Positions 24,646 to 37,890 of a stretch of DNA of 64,000 nt are shown piece by piece. Source of the stretch: Haplodiscus bocki (taxonomy: Eukaryota); NCBI GenBank assembly GCA_965655095.1, contig OZ296648.1, positions 61,256,001 through 61,320,000 on the forward strand. The letters run 5' to 3'. Every line of letters starts with the position of its first letter. Within the stretch, counting starts at the first letter, position 1. Below the pieces are notes generated by a model that was given only the letters and a program-made list of their open reading frames with translations, made no database searches and was not told the origin of the DNA. A program made the position numbers and the translations under genes.

Positions 24646-27600
24646 CGATAAAAGGAACGGCTAAACAGAAACTGAACTGAAAACCACTACCAAAGATAAC
24701 AATGAATTCGAACGGTAACTGAGAATCTTTCAAAAAATGAAAACTTCCAGGAGTCGATGAGCAAAAAACACTCCTGAAAACACGTGGAATGAAATTATTC
24801 TACACAGAACCATAAAGGACAGGCCTTTAGGCAATGGACCTTGGCAGAATTGTGACTGGAAACTGCTAAAGTTTCCAAAAGCGGCAGTTACAGACCTTGT
24901 GCCACTGCGAACCCCAAGACAACACTAGATAACTTTGCAAGCAGAATAGCTCAACACGCAGGTCGCAACCTCTGCTACACTATAGGATGTACAGGCAGAC
25001 ACTTACAGGCCTTCGTCAAACCACAATGCAACATCAACGGAAACACGTTTCCGAAGGACAACAATTGACCAATTTTTGACACTGCCAAGGTCACGAAAAC
25101 ACAAAAAGGTACGTTACGTACAAAACTATCTTCTACACTTCACCCGAAGTTACCAGTACATGATAGGGTATATTAGCATGACCTAGCGACGGTTAATCCC
25201 TCCTAAAACATACCAAGACTTAACACATACCTATAGTCCATAGATTTCAGATTGTGACACTACGAAGATTACAAAAACAACAGATTAGCCATACGATAGG
25301 ATCATTTTGAGATCCTCTCTCAGAGACATTTTGGCATTTAGATCTCATAGTAATGCGACCAAAAACCTATGATCCCACAAAAAAATTAGATGTCACGGAC
25401 AATTAACGTAAATCATTCCCATGCGACCTTAATTCAAATGCACCGCCTATTTTTAACGCCTATCCACAAAAACATGAATGTACGGAAAACTTGCGAAAAA
25501 AAAGTAACTAACCATTATCGAGCCGGACGGTGAATCTTTTCTTAGTCGCCCGAGATCGGTTGCCACGTTTCCTTTGGAGGATACGAAACTGTTGATCGTT
25601 ACACCGGTTAAGAGATTTTCCTGCCAATTCTACTGCCTGCTCTTCGGGTTACTTTTTGTTGTGGCTCAAAAGGCAATTCCAAGAATCGTGTGGAGTGACA
25701 CTTCGGAAAAGAAGCGTTGTGCGGGCAGGAAAACAAACAGTATAACTAGTTTCCTGAATGCAGAATAATGAATCTTATTAACGACCAAGAGCAAGGTCTT
25801 CCACGAATTGCTGCATATGACTGCTCTGGCCTCCGAATTAAGCAGCTGCCTCCGAATTAAGGCAGCTGCAGACTTTGAACCATGGGTGGCGAATAACCAG
25901 AGCTTGCGACCTCTTAACAGCGATGCGAAAATTTCAGCAGGCGGCTTATTGTCGAAATGCCAACCAGTATGACAATTTCTAGTAGCTAGCAGAAGACTGG
26001 CTCATGCACAATGCAGAGGAACAATAGCACTATGGAACCATTGATTAGGATTCTTTACATTCTTTTTCGTGGAACTAATGCAGTTAACACTTTTGTGTCA
26101 AAAGAACACTAACTCCGCCCCCCCCCCATTGTGAAATGTCGGCGTAGTACTGACAAACTAGTACTACTAAAGGCTAACTTTTGCAGTAACTTCACTTTGA
26201 AGGAACACGCAATACCACGCACAGCAGTGATAGCTTTAAACTTGGCAGCTTCTTTAATTGGAACTGCAACCACTGCGCGACAATGCATACGGCACAGATC
26301 CAATACTATTTTGAATTGCTCCATTGGCACTCTGAAAAGTAGCAACATTCAGTTAAATACCCATGGCTTACAAGAAACATACTCACAGAAGAAGGCACGT
26401 TCCGAGACTTACTTTTAAGGCTACTCAGTTGCAAAGTGAGTGAAATTAATTTCCATTTGCAAATTTGTTCAGAAACCACGAGATGAGTATTCAAGTTGAA
26501 TATCAGTTGAAATCAACTAACGCAATGTCTGCAATTCAAAAGGTAATAATCTAACTACAGAATTAAACTAAACTAAGCAATGAAGATGCCTGAACTGCAG
26601 TTAAAACTCTTGAGCCATTGGCCACAATTGTTTCTGGGACGACATTTCACCTCAGAGTCTGCGGTCATGGCTCCTCACGCTGTCTGTTCTTTCTTCTCTC
26701 CAAGCAGAACAACAGAATGCTGAAGAACAACAGGAATACGACTCCTAAAACGACAAACTTTCATACTTACGGAATTCATAACAAGTAGCCTTAGGTCTGT
26801 CAGAACTTGCAACCGGACACTGCGGATCGCGATGCGGAGGAAACTCAACCCTATGGAGCCCCGCCACATTGTTGTTCCATCATCGCAACATTCAAGGAAG
26901 GCGCCTCCGCACAAAGGAACATTCCATGATCTGAAAAACAATTTACTCGAAATTTATGTAACGACGGCGGCCCCGTACGGAAAGTCAACCAATATAAGAT
27001 GACAGCAAGCTCATACATTGAGCCAACAAACCAAATGAAGCTCATCTCCGCGTAAATGACATTAATTACATAACTTTAATAATGAGAAAGCAACTCATAA
27101 AGAAGCACACACAAAACTTGTAACGTCGCAGACCTTAATATCTGCTGAACAAACAAAAACCAGATCACTTATCGCGACCAGCGCGTCCAACGAAAGAAAC
27201 ACTTCTAAGAAAAACATACTCACCGTGCAAACGGGACCCATCAACAAGAAATAACACCGTAAAAATGGACGCATGTATACCACTACTCATCTTACAGCAC
27301 TGGATGTGTTATTTCAATTCATGGGAACCCTAGTTAATGAAACAGCTCGATGATTTTTACCGCTACCTTAACAAATACAAAACAATCGCCCTTCGATGTT
27401 TTCCGATTCCAAATTGACAGCCCTGACAAACATTTAATATCTGACCAAACACGTATATCCGGACCAACATTTGATATCCGTCGCAGTCCAGCCCACATCA
27501 ACTTTGATATCCGCCGAAACACCGATTGTGTATTCATTTTCATTCAAATTCATTCTCGAACTACCACATTCATTCGAGACCCTAACCGCCCAAACTACGG

Positions 27601-27877
27601 CATTCATTCGAGACCCTAACCTCCCAACAGTTAGGGATTCATTCTCCTTACCCGAGAACGCAGAACCTAAGAAAATGCTAACATTTTTGCATGACAAAAT
27701 ATCTATCCAAGAACGGCTGGAGCAGTTTGAAATTCAGTTGAACTTTTCTAGTTCGAACTGAAGAATTACTTGAAACCGTATTAGCGAACAGGTATGGAAA
27801 ATTTTTTTACAGTCCATTGGCAACTGATACCGTAAGAGCTACAATTCTAAGTAAGCCGACTATCGACACCACCCGGA

Positions 27878-28237
27878 ATGAAGGATCCAATATATATGAA
27901 GGCTATCCAACTACAGCAATTTGGATGTTGTCCCTTTATCAGAATGAAAGTCTTCAAAGCCCACAAAGAGCCCTACTACATTGTAATCGAAAGTGACAGT
28001 ATCGAATATGACAGTCTTTACGATGACCTGAATAAATATTTCAAATCGTTGAAGTCAGAGTCCATATTCAAAGACAAACTGGAAGAAATATTGGACCATT
28101 TGGACGATGATTTATCAATGGACCAAATTTGCAAGTTTATCCTCCCGATTATTTATATTTTAACTGGATTGGGAAAAAAAGAAATATTCAGTTCAACTTC
28201 CACTAGGTCTTTGGTTAAAAAAAGATCAGTCGACTAA
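27878..28237 (+). CDS. 119-aa open ORF of unknown function in the retroelement accessory region, just upstream of env
   Basis: ATG-initiated and uninterrupted (MKDPIYMKAIQLQQFGCCPFIRMKVFK...), ending 21 bp before the env-like ATG. May be the tail of a longer broken ORF. Confidence 0.3.
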   Translation: MKDPIYMKAIQLQQFGCCPFIRMKVFKAHKEPYYIVIESDSIEYDSLYDDLNKYFKSLKSESIFKDKLEEILDHLDDDLSMDQICKFILPIIYILTGLGKKEIFSSTSTRSLVKKRSVD

Positions 28238-28258
28238 AAATCTAAAAGACCTCCCACA

Positions 28259-30276
28259 ATGATCCTACCTTCCCTTTTTTACATACTAGTCGCAACAGAT
28301 GAGAAAGGAAGTCTTGAGCGAGGAGTATTTCTTCACGAAGACACAAAAATACTTTTGGCAGAAAAATTTGTAAATGACCAATTCTTAGTCCCAAAGTAGA
28401 TTGGCTTCTAAAAGAAACCGAAAAGGACATTTTGTTCACCGGCAAAGATTTGAACAAAATAAAACAAGAAGTATCCTTCTTTCTGAAGGGCAACAAAACC
28501 AAGGAAAAACATAGACTAGAAGAGCATTACCTGTTGCAGCCGCAGTAGCAGACGCCGTAGGGTTATTCGGAACAGGCATCATGTCCGGTGCATCAGATGA
28601 TTGTTGGCTTTTGGGTATTTTTAGCTCTTGCCAAGAAATGGCCCCAACAAATGCGAGAAACATTGAAATGTTAGGAGATTATACAATAGCCATTGGAGAC
28701 CACCTACAACAACTTGCGAGCGCAACCGATGAAAAAATTTTTCGCGTCTCAACAGATTTAACCCTCATTCACGAAATGCAAAACCAAATTATCGGACCCC
28801 AAAACGAGAATTGGCGAAAGATAGAGAAACAGTACCAAGTATTCCGAGAGAATGTCCACGACATGCGCTATTTTGATCAACTCCTACACACAACACAACA
28901 GGTGAACTTCAATTTCCATAGAATTTCTTCTCTGCTTTCGCTAATCTACAGCCACGTCAAAATCGAGCCGCTCTATTTGCATTCCAGATGAACATAATGA
29001 ACGCTTTTCCCTCTCTTTTTTCAGAATACGTTCCAGTGTGTCCCTACTACCTGAGGAGTCCTTGAAAAAAATTGAAAGTTATTGAAGACTCAAAAGAGAA
29101 GTCCCGTGACAGACATGCATTGGCCATTCCAAAGCAAGATGGCCTTCTGATGACACGGGCGATTCCATTGGCTTCTCGAGAAACAGCATTCACAGTCTAC
29201 AAAGCAATGGTGGTACCTCTACCCCAAAGCGACGATGACATGACAATTAAATGGAATGTCGAAGCAGAATACCTGGCAGTATTGGAAAACTTGATGGAAA
29301 CTTCTCTAGTAACCAGAGACCAACTCGACAAATATCTTGGTTCAAGCAATTATAGAATCTGTCATGAAACATTAGCGACAGTAATTAAAGACTCTTCATG
29401 TCTAGCAACGTTTTATATTGGAAACATTCTGGATGCGCTAGAAGAGTTTGTGATACAGTCCCAGTCCCACTACCACTGAAATATAAAGCAACAAATCTGG
29501 GATATTGAATGCATCTCCTAACTTCAGCACAGGCAAACTTCGTGTTCAAAGAAACCTATGTGGACGCTACAACCCTGGCAGGCTCAAAAACAGTCAAGGG
29601 ATGTAGAATCTGCCTAATAACACTAGAATGTGGTGAACAGTTAACTGCAAAAGTTCCACCAGTGAAATTGGATCTGGAACTGCCCAAACCGATGGCCAAT
29701 TTTTTCAGCCTACTTCCAACAGTGGATGAACTAAGTTGCTACAACAAGAAAGTGGAAGCTAATATGAAACTACTGAAGTATGTCAACTTCGAACTTCAAG
29801 CCCAACTACAATATAGCTGCAAAAGGAACATCCAACAAATAGCTGTACCCATCGCAAAGAAATTAACAATGCGTGAGCCCTCGTTTGAGAAGAAATTCAA
29901 TGAGTATATTTTGTGGAAAAGTCGTTTGGTTGTTAGAAATGCAGGATTCATCCTTAGTGCGCTACTGCACTTGGGACTAATGATTGCACTATATCGCTAC
30001 AGAAATCTTTGCAAATTCCAACCCTTCTCTCATAAGCTGGATGAACAGAAAATCCCTCCAACCGAATATGGTGGTAGAAGAACAACACTTGAATCGTGTG
30101 CAAAATTACATATTTTTCCAATGGCGCAATCAAAGTCTATTACTGCCCGAATCTCAACTGATGGAAAGAATAGTAGAATAAAGTGCACCTACATATGCAC
30201 ACCTCAACCGACAAATGCACCGAGTTTAAGAAAAGCTAACCTCCATGCAAGCATGGATAATAATTCAGACAACTGA
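28259..30276 (+). pseudogene. env: Envelope (env)-like fusion glycoprotein pseudogene
   Basis: Signal-like start MILPSLF.. at 28259. Basic cleavage-like TRR followed by the hydrophobic fusion-peptide-like ALPVAAAVADAVGLFGTGIMSG (~28515-28590). Heptad/helical region 28650-28990, Cys-rich ectodomain (ICHETLA, GCRICLITLECG) and C-terminal TM GFILSALLHLGLMIALY (~29945-29995). Broken by stops and frameshifts. Confidence 0.85.
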
Positions 30277-30480
30277 AAATTCAGCCGGAGAAGTAAACTT
30301 GAAGTCGGCTAGTGTATTGTTCTGATGATTATTTTATTATGACATAATTTCTACGATGCAGAGAAGCATGATCTAATTTCACTATCTTTGGAATCATTGA
30401 ATCTTGGCGCTGTTAAATTTCTTGAAGTTTGAAAGACAATGAACCCTTCCCTAATCAGAAATACTAATATGCGGAAAAAT

Positions 30481-32301
30481 AGACAACCAATAAACCAGTG
30501 GACAGGAAAAAAATGTACAGTATCCACATGCAAATTAAAGGCCGAGAAGACAGATTGAAGAATAACTTTTTTTGAGTTGTAATTTCCGCAATATGACAAA
30601 AGTAGAGTGATTAAATGAAGCTGAAAATAAGAGATTTGAAGAAAGAGAATTCTGAATTGCTACTGAATAGTTGATTATTCTGGAAATTAATTCTTCAAAT
30701 ATTCAAAAGATTTTTCCTCACACCACGCGCTGAAGATAGCCACTAAGGAATAAAGTAGAGTATTACAAATAAGAAAGGATCGAAACTTGAAGTCCATCAA
30801 AAAACAAACATAGCCCTTTTACAGATACTTTTTCTATGTAAAGTTGAAAAGCAATCGTCGCAATGACATCTTGAGCAGTCCCTGGGTTTAGTTGATCTCG
30901 CCATTTTTTTGATGAAGTACTATATAAAAAAATACTTATTCATAAGGTTTTCGTATATATACGTTGAATTGTAGTTTGTCGAAATTTTAGAATTTTGGAA
31001 GTTGATATCTGGAAAACTCCTGTTTGGCTTGTGCTCATCCAGTGACCAGTCAAAAGGTCACTGTTGGCAGAAGCTCTTGAGAACTGGGAGGGAGCAATTT
31101 CATACGTTTTAGGCGCTACTTCTTGACTTATAGTTTCAGCTTTTGAAGTTTTCTACTTTCGCTTTTCCACTTTTTTCTCGAGGGCTACTGGTTTCATTCT
31201 GCTCGTCCAGTGTTCGTTCGAAAACCTTTTGTCCTAGGAATCTATGGAGAACTGTGATATTTAACTTCATAACATCCTTGCAATAGTTCGCGACTTGTAG
31301 TGTGAATTCCGAAGTTTGTACTACTTTCCGTGTTCTTTAAAGTTTTTTTCTCAATATACTACTAGTTGGATTGTGCTCATCGAGTGCTCGTTCTTGCCTA
31401 TCGTATGTTCCACTGAAATTCCCTAACAAGCAATAACAGAAAGCACTAATAGATACTGGTGCCTGTGCAAATGCAATCAGTGAAAAAGATTACGAAGACA
31501 TGAAATCATCATTTGGAACGACAGCAACCATCTCAAAACCTTCTGAGGTCAGTAATGTTAAATTAGCTTCAGGACAACTTATACCGGTGCGTGGCCAAAC
31601 TCGAGTTTTCAATAGCAAAATAATATTTCAAACAATATTTTTTAGTAGTACTTCCTAACACGAATAGCATCATTTTGGGAAATCCATTTTTCAAAAACAA
31701 TATTGAACTTTACCCAAGAGAGAACCTGATGAAGTTACCTGACTTGTCGCTTCAGTTGATTGAAATATCAACGCAATCAGCTGAAATCGGAAATCTCCGA
31801 TACACTATCAGAACACTTGACAAATGCGTCATCCCCCCAACCAACAAACAACACTAAATTGCAATCTCCAAACGAAAAACAAACCATATGCTGATGTATG
31901 TGGTGTAGTCGAACCAAAAGTAAATTGGAAGAAAAAACTAGATTGTGCAGCACCTCTTCCTTATCGCGAACTGACTCTGAAGCAAATTTGTAATTATCTG
32001 CCTGAAACCTCCAAAGCAATGAGATCACAATTCCCCGAAATTCGGACTTCGCCTACTTCAATTTTCTTTCACCACACCAACCGGAAACGTTAATCTCGAC
32101 ATACCGCAATTACTAACATCGGCGGAATTCAAAAACCAGAGGACCTTGAGCATGAAATCAACCAGCTGATAATTGATGAAGAATTCATTGCAAACTCTCA
32201 ACCACCTACACCAAAACCAGACAACAAAAAATTTCTGGTTCCCAACACCAGAAACATGCCTCAACCCATCAGCACTGAAAGATGTTGAAAAGGATATTCA
32301 C
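30481..32301 (+). repeat. Direct repeat copy 2 (Polinton-A tail plus Gypsy protease region), truncated at ...ggatattcac
   Basis: Sequence identity to 19940-21760. The leader 30311-30480 aligns to ~19770-19939 but with many substitutions. Confidence 0.97.
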
Positions 32302-33056
32302 GAAATATAACTCTTCGAAATTTATAACTCTGCGTTTTTTTTCAAAGTTTCTTTTTTTGAAGATTACAAAATTATGGGCATTCTGTCCTCATTGAAAAGC
32401 GTAGATTTTGGAGAAGCTTTTGGGAACCCGGAAATGTGCCCTTTTTACCTTCCACGCGATATATGTCTTACCTTCCACGCGAGCTATGTATAACTTTAAT
32501 GTGAATTTCGAAAATTTAGTACTTTAACTCTTTTTGCAAATGTTTTCCCGACGTTTACTGATTGGATTGTGCTAATCCAGTGCTTGTTCGAAAGCCCGGA
32601 AAATGGCTTTTCTAAAAAAAAGAAGATATACCCGTTTTTTTGTTGGTTCCATATTTCTCACGTTAAATGTTCGGAATTAATTTTGCAGATTAAAAGTTTT
32701 TACTTCGTGTCTTTTGTCAGATTGATTTTTGTCGACGACTACTGGTTAGATTGCGGCCATCCATTGCTCATTTAATATCCCGCGACGTACGCAATCGGCG
32801 GTGGAGCCGGAAAGTTCTATTCCATACGGATGTATTTGAAAATTCCTATTCATTGGATTCTTTTTTTTCTGCAAATTTTTCATATTGAAAACAACGACAA
32901 TCAATTAAACTTTTCTTGTCGGCTGGGAATAAGACGATTCCCTTGCTCACTTTCGTTGCAAGTGTATGCGAAGCGCAGCTCTGCCTATTTTTCTTGATTT
33001 CTCGAAATGATTTTTTCTTCATCATGACGGTTGGTATCAATTTTTGTTTCTTGTAG

Positions 33057-33241
33057 CACCGAGTGACTTGAATTTGTTTGGAAGCAACAATGCGTTAGCT
33101 GCAACCAATCGCCAACCATCAAACCCCGAACTGGCTGCAACTGGGTTATCAGCATCAGACAATAGAAACAATTCTTCCCTGCTCAACGGAGGAGGATTTG
33201 GTTCAGCCAATGTTCCTGCTCCACGAATCTCCTCGATTCAA
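33057..33241 (+). CDS. Internal coding exon (low-complexity linker) of endophilin-A-like SH3 protein
   Basis: Acceptor tttttgtttcttgtag|, donor |gttagt. Open frame (x)PSDLNLFGSNNALAATNRQPSNPEL...PAPRISSIQ; ends phase 0, matching the next exon. Confidence 0.7.
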
Positions 33242-36200
33242 GTTAGTCAAAACCAGCCAATCGATTTGCATTTAATTTGTCAATATCCTGCATTGAGATT
33301 TGTCTTGAAACCGTGTTACATTAGTTTTCGTTGAACGTGCTTTTTCTGCACGTCTGCAGAAAATTTAGAACTTTGCCCAAATTGTTTTGAAATTATTTCA
33401 GGGAAATTGGCCGGTACTTTCGTTTTCGCGTTTCATAACGCGCAAGTTTTCCAAACAGATTGCGTTGCCTAAGAAGGTATGATTCACATTCAGTTAATTT
33501 AAGTGCTAGAGAATGTGACACGCGTACTTGTTTCAATTTGATTTTTTTCGAGCAAACTTTTGATCTGCAGTTGGTCTCGTTATAAAAGTTTCATATGCGA
33601 CTCAGATCATGATGTCAAATTTTGTTCAGGATCTATGAAGTCTTCTTCCAATCAATATTACTTCTTTTTGACAATAAATGTCATTCTTCGTTTAAGTTTT
33701 TTCTCTGTCAAAATGGATTGCGAAATACCGCTCCACCCCTGTTTTAGTACGTTGAGTTTCGTTGTTTGAGCCGCTTGTATTCGATGATTTTTATTGACAT
33801 TTTTGATTATTGGTCACTGCGTCACTACTGCTTTCAACTAAAAATCCTCATTTTTTATGCCCCAGTGGGTGGAACAAAAAGTTTGCTAGCCACAAGTTGC
33901 GGGTGCGAACCCCATGATTGGCCATATTTTTAGAGTACAAATGGGGGGTACCACACAGTATCGTACTCACTGCAAGATGGTAGTAGTTTAATATTGGAAT
34001 GACGAATGCTGAAGGTCTGCTGTTTCATCCTACGTGATTAGTACAGGTACGAGCGAACGCTCAGTTTCACTTCATGACAACTTTGACAGCTAGCCAAAGT
34101 TCACAAAACCTAATTTCAACTCGGATAATCGAGCACCTACATACGATTCCAGTTCTAAGTAAATATTGACCAAACATTATTGATGAAGAACCTAAGCTAG
34201 TGATGCAAAGGTTATTTAATGGCTCTCGACAGCCCCCGGTTCGAACCTAGGTGAACAAAAAAATGCATTTCTTCCGAAATTTTTCAACACCGAATTTCAT
34301 CAAAAGACTCACTAAACAATGCTGTGAAACCGACTGTATGTCTCTAAGGTTCAACGATAGTTTCAGTCCCAAGTCGACTGCAGGAGGGCGGAGCTTTCTG
34401 AGCACACCTAGCGTTGACGTAGGAAAGTTCCGATGAATCAATAGAAACTTCTATTTTTCGATAAATTCAAAGATAACCATTCTACAAATTTACATTTATA
34501 GACCAATGTGTTTTTACTGACCATGTAATTTTGAAATCGGTTGGTCACTGTCCCACAATAAACGCAAATGACTAGTGATCAGAGAATTACCGCAGAGCTA
34601 TTGGCTGATTTTGTTCTACACAGATGAAATCACAACACTAGAGAAGAAAAACGTCTCCATTGACTGTGCGCAAAGTAATGACTGACCTGAAGCCTCCCAG
34701 TTTGTCCAATGCACTAAAGATTCTAGTGTGTTCTGAGAATGCTCAGTTTATCAGCAGACATTCCTTGCGTAAGCAAGGAAAACTATAAACTTTGTGAGAC
34801 ATGTGTTGCACGGTGTCATCGAATCATCATCATAATCTGGTTTTTATACCTCAGAGCATGCGAGCAGAATCTGTTGAAGCCAACCACTGCCCTGGTTCTG
34901 TCGAACAAACAGAATGCTCATGTTAAACCGTTGACTGCTTCATATCTGGAGAGCTTTTAAAATCTGAGGTTAAGCGTAAGGCAGTCCCCGTTAGATAAGA
35001 AAATATGCAATCTCATCAATCAGAAAACATCAGAAGGGTTGAGTTGCCAATTCAATACTACTTGGGAGTTCCGAAGGCACAACTCGAGGGAACATGCATT
35101 GATAAAGACGAAGTATTGTGCGCCCTCCAGCGGCTCTTGCGACGGGACAAATGAGACGCGCCTTTCAAGATACAATATATCATATACTGACATTTTACAA
35201 AAAGAATTTGGGTGGCCATTTTTTTCTGGACGTAGTCGCACGTTGGATATTGCTTTGGGTGTCCGCAATGCAAAGTGCAGGTGTTTCGACTGCATGATTC
35301 TGCATCTTTAACCTACGGAAGCAACATCTGAAGAGCCTACACTTCAAAACTCTTCTCAGTTAACGATGAAGACACAATTGTTGACCCATTGTTCCTGGAC
35401 AAGTTTTCTTGCATCATTTCTGCAAAAGTTTTGTTGTAAATCAGATGCTTCTTTCTCAGGAGAAGTTCAATTTTTAAGTTCCCAATTGTTTTCGTCGAAC
35501 GCTATTTGTGAAAACTGTCTAAAAACTACCTATTGCTTTCCAAAGAATGATTCAACTAAAATTGACTTCCTTACCGTTGTTTATGTAGACGTAACTATTG
35601 ATTTGCGCGAACTGAATTTCCAGGCGCCTTTAAAAAGAAGAATTAGAGCGGGCCTCCATATTTCCTCGAGTTTCCAATAAGTTTTCGCATGGATGCACTT
35701 TTTCATGAAGCCTATGGTCATATGAGAACCGCCAATACTTTTGCACCTGGCTGCGTTTACACAATGACCTGTCGCAAACCTTTCAAAAACAGCATTTTAC
35801 TTTTCCCTTTCCCTGGATTGTTTTTCTGTAGTTTCGTTAAAGTTTTCAACACTTCAAATTCTTTCGAAGTTTCCCGTTCTGACCATTCCAATTTGGCTAG
35901 TTCCGAAGAATCTATCGCTGGTGCCTTGTAATTCGCTTTATTCACATTGTTAGCCAAGACTGACAAGGAACCGAGTTCATCAAGTCGATACTATAGTGAT
36001 GTTAAATTGGATCAACAACGACAGTCAGATCAAGTGGACTCAGCAGACCTCGCAGTGTAAGGTAATTTTTATAATTTTTGACAATATAAATCAACCGACG
36101 CCGCCATTCAGATCCAGTTTCCGCTGCTACGAGCACTCTCGACTAGATAGATCTCTCGCTTTGATTATAATACATATTACAATTGTTATGATTGCGGTGG

Positions 36201-36305
36201 TTTTTCGCACAATTTTCCTGACACTTTGTGAGACAGGGAGTTTACTTCTGGTGTACTCGCTTAACTGTCAAGTTCTTTGGGTTAACTCTTAACCGCTCCA
36301 AAACA

Positions 36306-36970
36306 ATGACCCAGCGAATCGGTACGCAACCACCTTGCTTCGTTTAGGTTTGGGGCCCGAGACTAATTGGTCGAATGATTATCAATCAGGAGAAAATCTT
36401 CTCACCTCACTTTGATTCAATCCTATTTTTTATAAACACTACCAGCGTCCTTGTGGGACTTTTTTATACGAATTTAACAAATATGTTGAAGTTAGTTTTT
36501 TCGAGCTTTAGATTGGAATGCAATGGAGAAGGCAGAAGACGACAAGAAACGAAACTTTTTGACCGATGACTTATACACAGAAGCTTTGGAAATGAAGAAT
36601 TCTAGGACTAGTCGTTACCTATCGACAATGCATTCCACACCCGATTACTTTGCGACTTTTCCGAAAGACGAAAAGTTCCAAACCGCTTGATTTCAGTGTC
36701 ACCGCGACAAAATTTCTTACGATCGGAGACGTTCAGTACAATTTGGCGTTTTGAGCCGTTAATTGGGCGAGTGTTACCTCACAAAAGAAGCAAATGAACG
36801 AGACAAACAAGCTTTTTGGTCCATTGATAATTGATCTAGGCGTGGCAAACGGTGAGGCGTTAAGATACTTTTCAAAATGCTCCGGTGACGAGCCCTTTGT
36901 AAGTCTGCACAACAGATCAATTCAGCCTACACATAGATAATGAGGTACAAAAATTCAATACAGTTGACTT
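36306..36970 (+). pseudogene. A32/FtsK-HerA-like packaging ATPase relic (Walker A core deleted)
   Basis: MTQRIGTQPPCFV*VWGP^RLIGRMIINQEKIFSPHFDSILFF-KHYQ...SKPLDFSVT...SVQFGVLSR*LGE...FGPLIIDLGVANGEALRYFSKCSGDEP. Confidence 0.65.
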
Positions 36971-37890
36971 CTACTTGATATTCTCCTTATTGCTCAAAAA
37001 TTGTTTCCTTCTTGATGTTTCAGAAGAAGTGAATAGGCTACTTTGTGACTGCATCTTCCATTTGATTGAAGGAAGCGTCAAATTGGACGGGAAAATGCAA
37101 TTTGAAATTGCGACTTTGTGTCGAGAGAGGTGCACTTTATAGTTGATCTGTGCAAAAAGAAACGTTTCTGTGGAACGAAAATGTCAGTTACTTGCGTCAC
37201 GTTGGGGGCTGCGTTTCCTGAAACTAACCTTATCAACGGCATTGTTTCATTTGAGATCTCGCCATGATAAAAAACGAATCTGTTAGAGTATTTTTTTGCA
37301 ACTAATATGATGAATACTCTTTTTCAAAACAGCAGCAGCATCATTAACAATTTCAAAAGAAAAATCTAGATTCCCTCTCAATTTCGTGCGATATCACATG
37401 CGAGACTTTAGAATTAATTATTCGACAAATAACAAGCTCTTCGACAAAGAACAAGCATTGCTTTCACAGATCAACCTAAACTCCAGGTTGCAGGAACAGA
37501 AGGAGCCACCATCGCAATCTACTTCAGCGCAAGAGAAGGTTGATCTCAAACAATAGTGCATACGGCTTAATTCTACGCTTTCTACTATCAGGAATAACTG
37601 GCGCTTCCGTCAAATCCTGATATCAATCCAGCAGAACGAGCGTGTTTGTAACTTCATTGCTGTAATGGACTTTTTACACCGTTACAATTGAATGCCAAAC
37701 AACTACCGGAGCAATTTCCTTAACTTGGTGGAAGTACTTCAACTGCCTGAGCTTCTGCTAGCAAGCACATACGCGATACTAACTAGTTCTGAGAATCATA
37801 ATCAGTCAGCGTTGAGAGGCACCCATGAAGAGATGGGAACTTGACACGTATCCTGCTATAGATTGGCTCACTACGTAGATTCATACCAAC

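Larger units (their letters stand above)
20860..30300 (+). mobile_element. Decayed env-bearing Ty3/Gypsy LTR retroelement; gag and LTRs not found
   Basis: Domain order PR-RT-RNaseH-IN(HHCC)-macro-accessory-env on the + strand. A purine-rich PPT-like tract agccggagaag lies at 30283-30293, just after the env stop. Confidence 0.9.

Noticed and set aside
19940-32301. The two ~1.8-kb direct repeats as LTRs of the Gypsy element
   Set aside because: They include the protease-coding region and Polinton-derived flank, and I see no TG...CA ends, PBS or TSD.
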